The position numbers and the translations under genes are program-made. This document shows positions 30,180 through 52,296 of a stretch of 64,000 nucleotides of DNA, in pieces. The notes below the pieces were generated by a model. The model ran no database searches. It saw nothing but the letters and a program-made list of their open reading frames with translations, and was not told where the DNA came from. Every line of letters starts with the position of its first letter. The first letter of the stretch is position 1. The DNA is from the human T2T-CHM13v2.0 reference genome, Homo sapiens: assembly GCF_009914755.1 (NCBI RefSeq), contig NC_060926.1. The stretch is one strand, 5' to 3'.

Positions 30180-30345
30180 TGGGCTGTCCAATACAATAGA
30201 CACTAGCCACATGTAGCTATTTAAAATTACTTCAAATGTAAATAAAACTTAAAAATCAGTTCCTTGGTGGCACTAGCTACATTTCAAGTGCTCTATAGTC
30301 CAACATGGCAGCACAAATGCAGGCATTTCAGTTGGACAGTGCTGG
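30180..30345. mobile_element. MER3 hAT MITE
   Basis: gctgtccaata...cactagccacatg...ttggacagtgctg. Confidence 0.75.
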
Positions 30346-30939
30346 CCTAGATGGAGCAGAAATGGGAGATGCTCAGTGACTGGGCATTGGTGTCTCTATG
30401 TGCTAAATGAGGGGATAGAACTGGATCACCTCTAAAATCCCTTCCAGCTCACTGTCTCTGATTTCAAAAGCCCATGAAGCTACTGTGTGAACATGAGGAG
30501 TTGGGAAAAATGCCTGAAGACAGAGCTCTGGGAAGCAAAACTGTTTGCCAGAGAGGCAGCTGATCCCGGATTAGAAGAGAGCTCAGGAGTAAGAACCAGA
30601 GTTTACCGCAGCATCTGTGTCTGAAAGCCAAAGGAGAGAGGGAAAGTAGAGGACAGAGAAACATGTTGCTTTATTCTGGCAGCCTCATCTCCTTGCCCTT
30701 GGTGACAGCAGGAGGGCACTGCTCCTGCTCTTGGTCTGTGGCAAGCAGAGGATGAAAGCAAAGGAGGATGCTTTCTATGGTGCTTCAGCTCACTGCCACC
30801 AGGAGAGCCCTTCCCAGAGATTGTTATCTGAGAAATGAGCTGTATAATCTAAAAAAAAGTTCAGCCCTCCCATTGAATGTACGTATTTTTTAGTTGGAAA
30901 ATCTCTAACAGTTATTACCATACTTTTTTATATAAGTTT

Positions 30940-32120
<1,181 letters not shown>

Positions 32121-33054
32121 AAACACATCACATTTTTCTTAGGAACTTGATTTTTGGGGGGCAGAAGTTGCTCTTTTGCTTCTGGACCCCTCTGTTCCCA
32201 TTGGATTTTGCAGACTAGATATTGTAGACAGTCTGAAAACAGGTCGGTGTGCCAGTGGCTGTTAGGTGTAGAAGTTCTGGGTTAAGGACAGGGCCTGTTC
32301 TGGGTGAGATGTTACTGGGTTATTGCTTGTATGAAAAGATTGGGCAGGACAGATAGACAGAATTAAACAAATAGTGTTGTGCTCTTTAGAAGAGAATGCA
32401 TTCAAGGCTGTGGGAAAGGCTGTGCTTGTACCAATTGAGGAAACAGCTAATCCCTGAAGGATGTGAGGTATTTGCCGGGGGAAATTGTTTCCCATGAGGA
32501 AAGTGGAGGTCTTCTAACCCAACTCTTTTCTGAACTTCCCGGTCCTCATGGAAAGAGAAACTTAGAGCAGCTCAGTCTGTCAACAACTGAGGATTGTTGT
32601 GTGGTGGATACAGAACAGAGAGACTTTGGCACAGGGCCCCTTGCTGCTTCTGACTAGGGCAGAAAATGGAAATGAAATGCCAAAGGTAGTCCCCAAGACT
32701 AAAATATGTAAGAAAGTTGCTTTGTAATGGAAATAATAACAAATGTAAGTTGTTATTCATCTATACTCCGAAAACTAGCCAATATAAGTTGCTAGTCTGT
32801 TTCTACTTTTTAAAAAGTAAATATAGCTGTGATAAGAATCAAACTTCTGGTCACAGTTTTGCAACAATTTAATTCAGCTAAAGATTAATTTTTTCTGCTT
32901 AAATGCAGACATGTACTCTGGTATTCTCTAAATATGCTAAAAGCAACTCAGGTTCTATGGACAAGTTTGGGAAATGCTGTGTTGCAGGCTGTGTATGCTG
33001 GCCGTCCTGTGAGAGCACCCTAAGTGTTCTAATGCATTGATTTTTGCATCTTAT

Positions 33055-33612
33055 TAACTTTGTTGGCTGATACATTGCTGCATAACAAACTACTACACAT
33101 TTAACAGCTTAAACAGCTTAAAATCTCACATATTTACTATCCTACAGTCTCTCTGGGGTCAGGAATCTTGGGACAGTTTAGTTAGGTCCTCTGCTTCAGA
33201 GTCTCTTACAAGGCTGCAATCGGAGGTGTTGGTCAGGGCTAGGTTCTTACCCACAGGTCCACCTGGGGAGAGATTCACCTCTGAGGTCATGTTGTTGTTG
33301 GCAGAATTCAGTTCCTTGAAGTTTGGACTGGGAGCCTCAGTTGGCTCTTGGCTGGAGACCACCTGCAGTTTCTAGTCTCGTGGGCCTTTCTAACATAGCA
33401 GCTTGCTTCATCAAAGTATGCAAGCAGAAGACAATAAGAAGAGTCAGCTAGCACAATGGAAGCTACAACCTTATGTAACCAAATCGTGGATGTGACATCC
33501 CATCACCTTTGCTGCATTTGTTCATTAGAAGCAAGTCATAGGTCCACCCAGACTAAAGGGATTACCCAAAGGTGTGAATACCAGGAGGCCATCTTAGACT
33601 CTGCCTGCCACA
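33055..33612 (-). mobile_element. MLT1F/G-like LTR
   Basis: ttgctgcataacaaac ... ggccatcttagactctgcctgccaca. Confidence 0.8.
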
Positions 33613-33904
33613 GCTGGGTTGCAGCCAGACCTGCCTACCTCTGAAACCCAATGCACTGCAAATAGTTGCCTGGAGATCCTGGTGAGCAACCCAGCTTCTT
33701 ACAGAAGTAAGAATTAGTGGATAAGTTTGACACAAATTGTTAAGAATGATCCAGAGTCTTTTGCTCTTCTAGACTTACTCTTCTTGCAGGAAGTGAGAAC
33801 AAATGGACTGTCAGCTGGAATAGAATTTCTTGTATATCAAGACCAGCATCCTACACAGAGCCCTCAGTAAAACTATTTGCATGAACAGATTTTGGGCTCC
33901 ATCA

Positions 33905-34570
33905 GCTCGATTGCCCTACTTTTATAACAAATGTTTATAATATCCTTAATTCTAAGATGAAATCCATAAATAAAATGTCCCTGCCCACATAATTTCAAAA
34001 TATCAATATGATGTAACTGTAATATACAAAAGGAAAATAATTATAACAAAAACAATGTGTCTCAATATATACATGCTCTAAAATAAAGTGGTTGAATGCT
34101 TACTCCTGAACTCAGAATCACTGCTAATGAAATAGTTATAAATGCAGACTGTTACTTGACACTGGGTGTGGAATTAGGGACTCAGATTCTACAATTTGCA
34201 CTGGTGGTGTGATTTTCCAGGAAGACAAATAATATTTGGAAACATTCTGAACAAAGCAAAACAAAAACCACCCCATAATTTACAAGGAGTTACACTTCTG
34301 GAAAATTCAGCGTATGTTCAAATTGTGAAAAACAGAACCTTGTTTTGGAATTAGTTTAGTCTTGAGTAATTATAGATAAGGTTTTTATCTACACGTATGT
34401 CATGCAAGACATTGGAGGGCCTTGAGATAATTCATTATACAGGACTCTACTGCATTTAACAGGACAAATGTGTGGGACCTGGCATTTCTCCCTACACACT
34501 CCCCCCAATTGGGGAATGCCTCAATTTTGCAACAACAAAAACGCCCTTGGATTTCACTAGTGAGCAGTGA
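33905..34570 (+). mobile_element. MER20B-like hAT element
   Basis: tttataacaaatg; acataatttcaaaatatcaatatg; aatgcagactg; ctggaaaattcag. Confidence 0.72.
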
Positions 34571-34863
34571 CACTTGACATTGCAAACCACTGCAATGGTG
34601 CCTAACCTCTAGGTGAGAGGAAAGCAATGCAGTTATAGACTTGGTTGGACACCATTAAGTTCAGATATCAAGGAGTACCATGAGAGAGATGGAAATGAAA
34701 ATCAGTGGCTTCAAAGTATCTACTGTGGCCCAGCAGCGCAGGCACAGTTAGGGTGCTTAAATCAAGCAAAAGGTGCAGTGTCAGCTAGGGGTGGAGAGAG
34801 AACACTGTGTTAGGGTTTTAGAAGTGGACATCTCAAAGCAGATACTTTGCACACTGAATTTTA

Positions 34864-35031
<168 letters not shown>

Positions 35032-35069
35032 TTAAAAGAATACTGACAGAATGCTTTCTTTTCCAACAG

Positions 35070-35112
35070 AAACCTGTTTCCCTCCAATCTTGTGGTTGCA
35101 GCTTTCCGTACG
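35070..35112 (+). CDS. SLC1A4: SLC1A4 exon 2 (NLFPSNLVVAAFRT)
   Basis: ttccaacag|A ... ACG|gtaagg; 43 nt; SLC1 NLFPxNLV motif. Confidence 0.98.
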
Positions 35113-35582
35113 GTAAGGCTTGATACTTTGCTAAAAATATGAAACTTTGATGGAAGAAATGTACCAATTACTGCTATAGAGTTAGGTAAGGTAGAACAGG
35201 GAGAGATGGTGGTGTTAACAAAACTTGGTAAGATTGGCCTAAACTTTTATCAATGGGTACCTAGAGTTAAAAAACAACAACAATAAAATAAATAAATAAA
35301 GACTGAACAAACAAAACTTTCCAAAATGTCCCACTGGTTCCAAAATTTGTTTACATTACCTAAGAAATACCCTCAAATCACATTTTGGGGATGTCTTAAA
35401 TATTGTACACTTTTTTAAAAAAATACACTTTTATCTTTTTTTCTGACTATAAAGATAATATGTGCTCACTGCAAAAAAATAAAATAAAATACAAAGAAGT
35501 GTCAGAAAACAAAAATCATCCATAGTCACTGTCTAGAGCTACCCATTATTTTGGTATACCTCTTTCAGATATGTTTTTTCTA

Positions 35583-35935
<353 letters not shown>

Positions 35936-36095
35936 AAGATAAGCATACATAGTATGGACACACACTACACATGTTGCTTCATAGCCTGCTGTTTTTTTTT
36001 AAGGCAGTATATTGTGAATATTTTCTCATGTCGGTAGCTACCCTTCTGCATAACGCCACGGCTGTAGAGTATTCCATTGTAAGAGTATAACATAA

Positions 36096-36497
<402 letters not shown>

Positions 36498-37574
36498 TCC
36501 TATGACCATTCTTTACACAGAGAAGGAATATAAAGGCCTAGATTATATGGTCTAATCTGATTGCTTTTTACAATGAAAGACTTTTCTGTTTCTACTTAAA
36601 CCTCTCATTTTTGTTTTGTTTTGTTTTTTGATCTGCATATAAGCACAGGAGTGACTTGTATATATAATGTGAGGTAGGAAAAAAATATAGGTATATGGGG
36701 CTTTTTTTAGTGCCTGTCACAGAGGAGGCGGGTGGGTTTGTTTGAACACCTCTGCCTTTCTGTAACACTGATAAAGCTGAGAGAAACCAGAGCCCAGCAA
36801 GGGCAGGCAGAAAGCAGGCCTTCAAGTCTATACTTCCTAATTGCCTCCTCCTGACAGTTCAAGGACCAGGTGCCCTTCGAAGGGGCCAGGAAGGACTGTA
36901 CTAACAGATTCCACTTGTTAGTACATACTGCCACAGGCAGACACCTATGTGCACCATGCAGAAGCATGTGAAATCAACCAGGGGACCAAAGCTAGAAAGA
37001 CGTCTCACTTCTGATAACTGAGTCCCCCTGAAGACTCAGTTAGATGATGCCATCTTGCCTCACATCCCTGGCTTTCAAGAGTGGAGGCTCAAGCCAGATT
37101 AGAAAGAGACGGTAGAAGCAGTCATGCTCAAATAAGTTCTAGAACAAAGTGGGGCATAAATAAATGAATGGAAATAAAATGATACAATGAAAAATGAACT
37201 TTGGCATTATGGAGTTAATGCCAAGGTTATTCAAATAATATGACATATAAGGCTGAGGAAATATCAAATTATCAGCATAAAATTGTGCAGCCGTCCTTCT
37301 CCAAACCATTGCCCAAAGAACATAAGGAAATTCTCCCTGTTTCCTTGGGACACTAAGCAACCCAGAGACCTCTTGAAGTATCTGCTGACTTGGTCCTAAT
37401 GTAGCTTTTTCACAGTTCTCAGAGGCTTTTGTCAGGCCAGCCAAGTGAGGAATGCCCAGGACACTCAGTGTGAACAGTGACAGAAGTACCAAGAGTGCAG
37501 CAGTGCCCTTGGTTCCTCTAGGTCGGTCTTCACCTGTGCACTAACAGTGGGTTTTTTTTTCCTCTTGATCACAG

Positions 37575-37637
37575 TATGCAACCGATTATAAAGTCGTGAC
37601 CCAGAACAGCAGCTCTGGAAATGTAACCCATGAAAAG
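37575..37637 (+). CDS. SLC1A4: SLC1A4 exon 3 ([21 protein letters not shown]), extracellular loop with N-glycosylation sequons N201 and N206
   Basis: tcacag|TAT ... AAG|gtaaag; 63 nt, phase 0-0. Confidence 0.97.
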
Positions 37638-37809
37638 GTAAAGCTTTTTATAAGGTCACTTGTAAAAATATGTCTAAAACAAATCTTATTTCTTCTTTGA
37701 AGGAGCATACAGGACGTGGGCTGAAAACTTTGAGGTTTGAATGGGCTATTGGAGCGAACAGGTTAGGTTTGCTCCTTTGGTTATGGCCAAATACCATGGC
37801 CAAATACCA

Positions 37810-38044
37810 TGTTGCTCTCAAAGCACTACAATCCTCAGAGGATCCGTAAAACATTTTGTTTGTTGATTTATTTGTTGTTTGTTTGTTTGTTTGAAACAGG
37901 GTCTCGCTCTGTTGCCCAGGCTGGAGTGCAGTGGTGTGATCATGGCTCACTGAACTGAACTCTTGGCCTCAAGTGATTCTCCTGCCTCAGTCTCCCGAGT
38001 AGCTGGGACTACAGACATGTGCCACCATGCTCGGCTAATATTTT

Positions 38045-38076
<32 letters not shown>

Positions 38077-38985
38077 TTTTTTATGTTTTGTAGAGACAAG
38101 AGTTTCACCATGTTGTCAAGGCTAGCCTTGAACTCCTGGCTTCACATAATCCTCCCACCTTTGCCTCCCAAAGTGCTGGGATTGTAAGTGTGAGCCTGTG
38201 CCTGGCCCCAGAAAACATTTTATAAAACCTTTTCTGCCATCTAGAAATGTAATTAATAAGTGATTTAAACTACCCCTATACCTATTACATTTTAAAAAAA
38301 TCAATATAAGGGAGAAATAAAAATAATTTCTAATAAAATAATCCATATTTTACCATGTAAATATACAACTCTACTAGAAGCCATAATGAAGTTTACAGAT
38401 ACTTGCATTTACTTAGAATAAATAAATTGAGATTTAAAAGCAGTGAGATAGAAGTCAACTAAATATTATAGGCACATTTTTTGCTATTTTTCTGCACATT
38501 TTGAAATACATGCTAAATAAAGATTTTTGTATATGTATACAGAATTACCCCAAACGCAACAGCTACAAGTGCAGACCAACATTATGTCTCATACTAGTGA
38601 CCTGGATATTATTCTAAAATGGCAAATAACACTTGTTGAAGTTCGGAACAAAATAAAGTCTTCCTTCAGTTTACATCCACTTGATATTCTTGGAAAATCC
38701 AGTGAATACTAAAACTATGCAGAAAAAATATTTATGGGTAAAATGGAGTTAATCCTAGCTCAGTGCATTTTAAACAGCTTTTTCTCCCTATATGACTGTC
38801 TGATAGGATGCTCTGAGGCCTGGGGGATGTAGGAAAGTCTGCATTTGGTTGCCTGAACATTTCAGAACGGATGGCATTCTTAGTACCCTGCCTACTATTT
38901 CCCAGTAAGACACCACAATCATTATGACAACCAAAGTGCCCACACACATTCCAACAGTCCCCTAGTGAATGATATCCCCCTGTTC
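37810..38985 (+). mobile_element. MER20B-like element, interrupted by minus-strand AluJ (37860-38207)
   Basis: ctagaagccataatgaagt; cagctacaagtgcagac; gttcggaacaaaataaagt; cattatgacaaccaaa. Confidence 0.72.
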
Positions 38986-39331
38986 ATAAATGTGAATCCA
39001 GTCAGTGGCTCCTGATTTTAAAAAATGGAGGTCACTTCACTCTGTCTGGCCAGAGGACGTGGCTGGACGTCCAACTGGGCCCCTTCTGACAGGCCCTGGA
39101 TTCCACAGCTGGGCTCACTGGGATGTGGGTGTCAGCTAGGCCTGCTTTCCAGGTAAGTGGCTCACTTCTGCATGCCACCCTCTTGGCACAGACACTTTCC
39201 GACGTTATTTCATTTGAGCCTTAGGACAACCTGATCAGGTAGGATTTAGTACCCCCACTATAAATTACTTGAAATGATGGTCTTCCAAGGTTGATCAAGG
39301 CCATTTTGACCAGTTTAAAAAAAACTAATTG

Positions 39332-40545
<1,214 letters not shown>

Positions 40546-41309
40546 AATTAAATCAATCAAGGACCCAGAGGCTCAAGGACACTTGGAAGGGTGCCTCTGA
40601 CCCGTGGCTCTATCTTCCATGGCCACTTTGATCCCACGTAATAACTTGCCACAGACACACTCCTCCTAGGCTTTAGTTGAATCATTAATTCATTAAACAA
40701 TGATTTATTTGGCAACAGCCAGGTGCCCTTCCCAGGTGCTGGACTCCAGTAGTGCTCAATACAGTCAAAGCCCTGCTCTTACAAAGCTCATGTTCTAGTG
40801 GAGGGAATCATGTAATAAATAAGTATATGTCAGCCAGTGATAGGCACCAAGAAGAACATTAAAGCAGGGCAAATAGATAGGAAGAGTGTGTTTGTGTGTG
40901 TGTGTCTGTGGTGATGGGTACTATTTTAGCAGGGTGGCCAGGGAGGTCTTCTGATCAGGTGAGGGAGGAGCTATGGGGAGATGTGGGGGAAAAGTGATGT
41001 AGGCAGCAGGAACAGAATCTGCAAAATCCCAGGGAGACTGGCCAGGATGCAACTCTGGTTGCTTGTAGTCCCCTAGCCCCATTCAATGCTAAGTTTGCCT
41101 AGGTGTGCAGCCAGCATACCTTGCTCCAAACCCACCTGCCACCAGCCTCCTCTACAGAAAGGGAGTCATTTCATTGGAAAAATTATTGTAATTGTCCTCA
41201 AATCTGAGAGTTGGTTCGAAAGCTGGAACTGCCTGACCTCAAACACCACACTTTAGAATTGCAGACCTGCTAAAACCAGCTCTCTTAATTGTTAAAACAA
41301 TTTTCTTAC

Positions 41310-41690
41310 TGATTTAAGAAATTGAATAATAAATGTGCATAGTTTGGGGGTACATGTGATAATGTAATACATTAATATAATTTGCAAAGATCAAATCAGT
41401 GTACTTGGGATGTCCATCACCTTAAACATTTGTCTTTTCTTTGTGGTAGAAATATTACAATTATTCTAGCTATTTTGAAATGTACAGTAAATTATTGTAA
41501 AATATAGTCACCCTACTGAACTATCAAACACTAAGTGTATTTCTTCTATCAACCTGTACATTTGTATCCATTAATCAACTTCTCTTTGTCCCCTTTCCCC
41601 CCTACACCTCCTGGCCTCTCGTAACCACCAATCTACTCTTTGTCTTCATGAGATCCACTTTTTTAGCTCCCACATATGAGAACATGTGAT
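41310..41690 (-). mobile_element. L1MA 3' end
   Basis: ggggtacatgtgata...tccatcacctta...gagatccactttttta. Confidence 0.8.
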
Positions 41691-41971
41691 ATTAAAACCA
41701 ACTTTCAAATAGTAATTGAATTTTCTGGTTTAATTGAATCTTGACCCTTAATTCCAGTTAGGACTTGGGACATTATCAAAAAGCGTGAGTTGACAGCCCC
41801 AAGGTCATCACCAGTTGTTAGCCATCCAGCTCATAGAATCCTAGTAGGCCAGTAGCAGAGCCAGCAATAAATCCCCCAAATCATCTCTCTCCCCCAGCTT
41901 TCAGCTATACCCACCGCACCCAGCTTCAATAAGTCAAGTCCCAGGAGAGAGTAGTGACAGTCAGAAGTCTT

Positions 41972-43040
<1,069 letters not shown>

Positions 43041-43389
43041 TTGGAAGGAAATGAAAAGCTACTCCATCACAATTTTTATGATATATATGAATCCATGGCT
43101 TTTGGTACATTTCATGTGAATCACACCAGCCACCTACATGTCTCCAGTTAATTTGGAAATTAGAAAAGTATTTAGAAAGAAATTTGTGATGATTTTGAGT
43201 ACCTATCATTTGCCAGACACTTGGGCTAGGGCCCAGCCTTTGCGCTCAAGCTGCAAGGGCTAGGGAACACCAACGATTATTTCATAATATGTGTTGGTGG
43301 GATAAAATGTTTGTCTAATATATGCTTGCAGTAAGGAGATTCAGCATTGCTGGAAAAAATTAAGAATACAGTATGTCTATGCATTTTAA

Positions 43390-43847
<458 letters not shown>

Positions 43848-44164
43848 TGAAGGAACTTTTGACTAACCAGCTCTTCTTTTAAAAGCAGCCCTTTGAGGTG
43901 GCTGTCCAACCCCTACTTGAATATATCCCCATGACAGGGAGCCCACTACCTTCCACTTTAACCTATGCCATTTTGGGCAGCTTTCAGAGTTAACTAGAAG
44001 AAATTTTTGCTTGTTGGCTTTCTGTATCCTCAGACTACATCTCCCCTTAAGTTTCCTACCCCTTTATTTGCAGAATTGCTAATTGTTAAAGAAAATATGA
44101 GCTTTTTCTCGTTCTGGGTACAGTGTTTCAGTCTGGTGGGGACACCAAGCAAATACATCTTTAA

Positions 44165-44380
<216 letters not shown>

Positions 44381-44889
44381 TGAGTGCTGCTTTGCTGCCT
44401 ACTCTCTCTCTCCTTCCTCCTGCCATCCAGAAAAGAGTCCACCTTGCTGTTCTAGGTACCTGTGTGGGGCCACCTGGCACAATGCTGTGTATGTGGTTGA
44501 TGCACCATGAGCCAGGCTTGGTACAGGGGATGATGGAAGTGGAGACAGTTTCTCCTCTTGTCCAGGACCTCAGAGAGCCAGGCATGCACCACACTTACCA
44601 GTCACTTCCTCAGTGTCCACACTGACCCCTTGGTGTTTCCATCACCGGGATCTGTTTATGGGTTCCTACCACCACCCAGTTCATGTGGGTTGCCCATGTC
44701 ATCTTGTGGGAAAGTGAATTCCATTAGTTTGCTATCTGTTGCATGAAATAAGGTTCATTTATCTGAAAATGATAGACTTGAAGCTTCAAAGGGACCCTTT
44801 ACTATAGTAGTTCACAGCATAGAGGACAAGGACAAGTCCATTTTCACCCCATGCATATATAAAGTTGGAATGCTCTTCTTTTATGTAGG

Positions 44890-47195
<2,306 letters not shown>

Positions 47196-47459
47196 TCACA
47201 TAAGCAGGTATTCAGTAAGGCAGATCCTGCTGAATGTCTAACTGCAGCAAGAGAGCGAGAGACCTGTTGCTCAGAAATGCATATTACACAGAATTGAAGT
47301 TTAAAATGCCTTAACTAGTTAAGGGATCTCAACCAAGTATGGGAGGCATTGTCAGTATTACCGCTTTCTGCAATCTTTCTTTTACTAACTACCCACTCCA
47401 AAACCCTAGTACCTGCCTACCCTACACTATTCACAGAAATAACTTTCAGATGTATTAAA

Positions 47460-49380
47460 CCCAGAGTCAGCCAACTTTGCAAGCCACATGCTCTCTATTG
47501 CAACTACCCAACTCTGCCACTGTAGGAGAAAAGTACCTATTCACAATTTGTAAATGAAAGAGCATGACTGTGTTCCAACAAAACTTTATTTACAAAAACT
47601 CACGCTGCTAACTCCTGGATTAAACTGACCAGGGAGAAAGGAAGAAAAGAAGGAAAGAAAGAGAGGAGTCTTCTAAAAATATTAGAAGAAAATATAGAGG
47701 CAGGGAAAGCCTTCCTAAACAAGATATAAAAAGCAAAAGCCATAAAAAGCTGCTAAACTTAACCACATCAAAATATAAAAAGTCTGCATGCAAAAGATAC
47801 TTTGAACAAAGTTAAAAGTCAAGACATTCATTTCTAAAAATTGATATATATATTTGCATACTGCATATATAGAAAAAAAGAGTTCTGATTACTGAAAAAG
47901 AAAAATCACTGAACAAACCATCAGAAAATAGACAAAGTATGTGAAACCTGAATTACCAGTAAACATTTTAAGGGATGCTCAACCTCATTAGAAATAAGGG
48001 AAATGAAAATTTGGTTTTATCAGGCATTGATAATGGTGAGGGTGAGGTTTCTCAACCATGACACTATTGACATTTTGGGCTGATCAGTCTTTGTGGGAGG
48101 CTGTCTCATGACTGTAGGATGTTTAGCACCATCCTGGCCCCCACCTGCATGATGCCACTAGCACCATGCCCCAAAAGTTATGACAACCAAACTGTCTTCC
48201 AGACAAAATCATCCCTGGTTAAGAACCACTGTTGCAGAGGGAAGATTATTCTCCTGGACTGCTGGTGGGAATGTGATATGGAATAACCACTTTGGAGAAC
48301 AAAGTGGCAGTATCTACTGAAATTTAAAATATGCACATCCTATAACTTAGCAGTTCACTTCTTAGCATCTCTACCTAGAGAACAAAGGCATGTGGTTACC
48401 ACAAAGTATGTTTGCAGTGTCGTTTGTAACGATAAACCTGGGAACAACTTAAACATCCACCAACAGGACGATGACAAAATAACCTATGGTATTTCCATTC
48501 TGAAGATAATATTTAAAGACAATGAGGTAAAGGTGGAAACAACCCAAATGTCCATCATTGGATGAATGGATAAACAAAATGAGATAGAGACATACAACAG
48601 AATATTATTCAGCCTTAGAAAGGAGTACAATTCTAGCTCATGCTCCAATGTGGATGAAGCCCGAAGACATCATAAGTGGAATAACCTAGACACAAAAGGA
48701 CAAACACTGTATGATTCCACCTTTGTGTACCTAGAATAGTCAAATTCAGAGAGACAAGAAGTAGAACAGTGATTCTCAGGAACTGTGAGGAGGGGAAAGT
48801 AGGCTGTTATGTTTAATGATTTCAAAGTTTGGGATGATGGAAAAGTTCTGGATTTGGATAGTGATGATAGTTGCACAAGAATGTGAATGAACTTCATGCC
48901 ACTGAACTCTACACTTAAAAATGGTTAAGATGGTAAATTTTATGTATATTTTACCACATTAAAAAATGAATGGGGTAGATTTCTATGTATTGATATGAAA
49001 AGATTTCAAAGATGTAATATAGGGTGAAAAAGAAAAAAACACATAGATTTAAATACATACCTATGTATCTAATTGCATAGGAGGTAGGAGTGTCTATTTG
49101 AGGAGGATCCTGGCTTAAGGATGGTACTTAAAGAGGATTTTGGTGTCATCTACGTTTTAATTTTTTGAAAGGAGAATGTATTCATGTATTACTATCGGGT
49201 TTTTAATTAATAATTACTGCTTAGAATATCTCTAGAAAGAAAACTCAAGAAACCAGTGACATTGTCTCCAGGGAGGGGAAATCTGGGTGCTTGGGAGAGA
49301 GATGAGAGGGAGACTTCACTCTGTTCACTCTTTTGTACCCCTTGAAATTTGAACTATGTGACATTATTACCTACGCAATT
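47460..49380 (+). mobile_element. MER58-like MITE (47460-47615), old L1 3' fragments, MER20 (48046-48232)
   Basis: tgttccaacaaaactttatttacaaaaac; gcactattgacattttgggc-like; ggaaacaacccaaatgtccatca. Confidence 0.75.
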
Positions 49381-49942
49381 AAAATTTACAAATAAAGTCA
49401 GCAGTTAGAAAATTCTTCCTGAATTTATATTAATTCAAAACAACTGACTTTTGTTCTTTGTAGCTCCCACAGTCCATTCCTTCCCATCCTGCCTTTAAAA
49501 AACTCTCACGCTCCAGGCGTGTTCCCAGAGTGTCATTGTTAATGACTTTTTCCCACGGAATCATGTTGTCTAAGCCACAAAGAATTTAAAACTTCACAAA
49601 AGTCCTAGCTTTGGCTCAATTTTCTATCACAGCCACTCTGTGAAATAGGTGTTAGTCTTTTGTGTTTCTAAGTTCTCAGAACAAGCCTGAGCAAAGCCAA
49701 AAGTCAGGCTTACAGTCCTGGAGGCTTTGATCTCGATTTCCTTGCCTTTCCTCCTGGGAATCCCTGTGACTGGTAGCATCCTTCTGTTAAGGACATACTG
49801 TATCCAAGGGGAAAGACGTCTGGGTTCTGGTCCTGACTCTGTTACCCTTGGTGAGTGGTCAGCCTCATTTTACCCAGTCTCACAGGCTGTAAAATGGGGA
49901 TGGTATAACCCTGACTGTTTCGGTTCCTCGGGGTTATCCTAG

Positions 49943-50290
<348 letters not shown>

Positions 50291-51636
50291 TGAGTGGGTT
50301 TTGGGTCTCTTCACTGCTCTGAGCCATGTTAACATGGAACCAGGTGAGCCCAGTGGTAGATGCACAACCAGTGTCTTGACATACTTTAATTCCTGGAAAA
50401 CTCTAAATCGGTCTTCTGTTATTTTTTTGTTTTTTCTTCTTTAAGAGACAGGATCTTCCCGTGATTGCCCAGGCTGGTCTCGAACTCCTGGGCTCAAGTG
50501 ATCCTCCCACCTCGGCCTTCCGAATAGCTGGGATTACAGGCATGCACAGCCACACCAAGCCTCACATGATTTCTTAAAATGACCAGCCCCAAAGCTTTTC
50601 TGTATTCCCCTGGGGTGGGTTTCTGTTTCATTTACTATTCTACTGAAGTTACCTCATTCTCTTCTCCCTCTTGCTCCTTAGAGGTCAGCAGATCATTAGT
50701 TAGCCCAGCTGCGGGTCCCTCACCCTAATTAGGAAGACCTTTCCCTGAGTAAAAGAAGGCAGCCCACCTAACTCAAAAATGCATTGCAGGGAAGTTTCTA
50801 GAATGGTTCCTGCCCAATTCTCCCTTTCTGGATATGTGAATTAGAAAACGAGTCTGAGGCACCGTGGTGAGGGATGGATGCTTAGCCCTCTAGGAGTCCA
50901 CAATAGTGTGGGATTGTCTCATTTGGCACAAGAGATGCATCCTGTCATTCACTGGAAAACCTTAAAAAAAAAAAAAAACACTGGGTTTTCCAAATATGTT
51001 AAAACTTTCAAAGGACGGCAGCACGTCGTTTCATTCACACATTTAGTTTTGCCTCTACTGCTCACTTCCTCCCAATCTGGATGGCTATTTATATAACACA
51101 GAGGTGGGAGTAAAAAAAAAAAAAAAATTAGGGAAGGAAGTTCCTCTGGCCTAGACAAAAACCTGTTTCTCAGCTGCACCAACTAACCTCTGCAGAGCCC
51201 GCAGAGCCAGCTAGAGGGAGCAGGTACTGTTCTTATGGTTATCTACTTAGTTATTCTTCCAAGCTCACAGAGCCATTTCTGGGTTTTGGCCTAAAAGAAA
51301 AAAAAATCATAGTTTACCATTTACTTTTGGGAGGGGAACACTCAAGAGAGGAGATGCACATGTAGAGAAACTAGTTGTTTGTTCTCTCGGGAACGTTTTG
51401 CACCGGGAGGCAATGTGCAGTTCTTAAGAAACTTGGAACACGTGAATCCAAGTAAATGACAGAATAGGTAAATGAAGGCAGTCATATTTTAAGTATCTTG
51501 GGAGTTGCCAAAGCCTCATGTTGTGACAGAAGTTTTAAAGTGATTCTGTTTTTTCCCTTATTTCAAGAGAAGAAAGCCAGAAACGAAGATGGTGCTAATT
51601 GCTCTGTTCTGGGGTCTGAGACAAGACACATGTTAG

Positions 51637-51882
<246 letters not shown>

Positions 51883-52068
51883 TAAGTTCCTCATTCTTTC
51901 CCTGGCTCAAAACTGAAGGCTTTTCTTGTGATTTCCTTTGAAAAACCAATCTCACCACAACTTGGTGTCTCGCTCATAAAATGAGGACAGTGGGGATTCA
52001 TTACTTGAAGAGCGTGTGTTGACTCTCAAGGGCGTAGCCAGCAGAGCCTATGGTGGGGCGGTTTTTAG

Positions 52069-52296
<228 letters not shown>
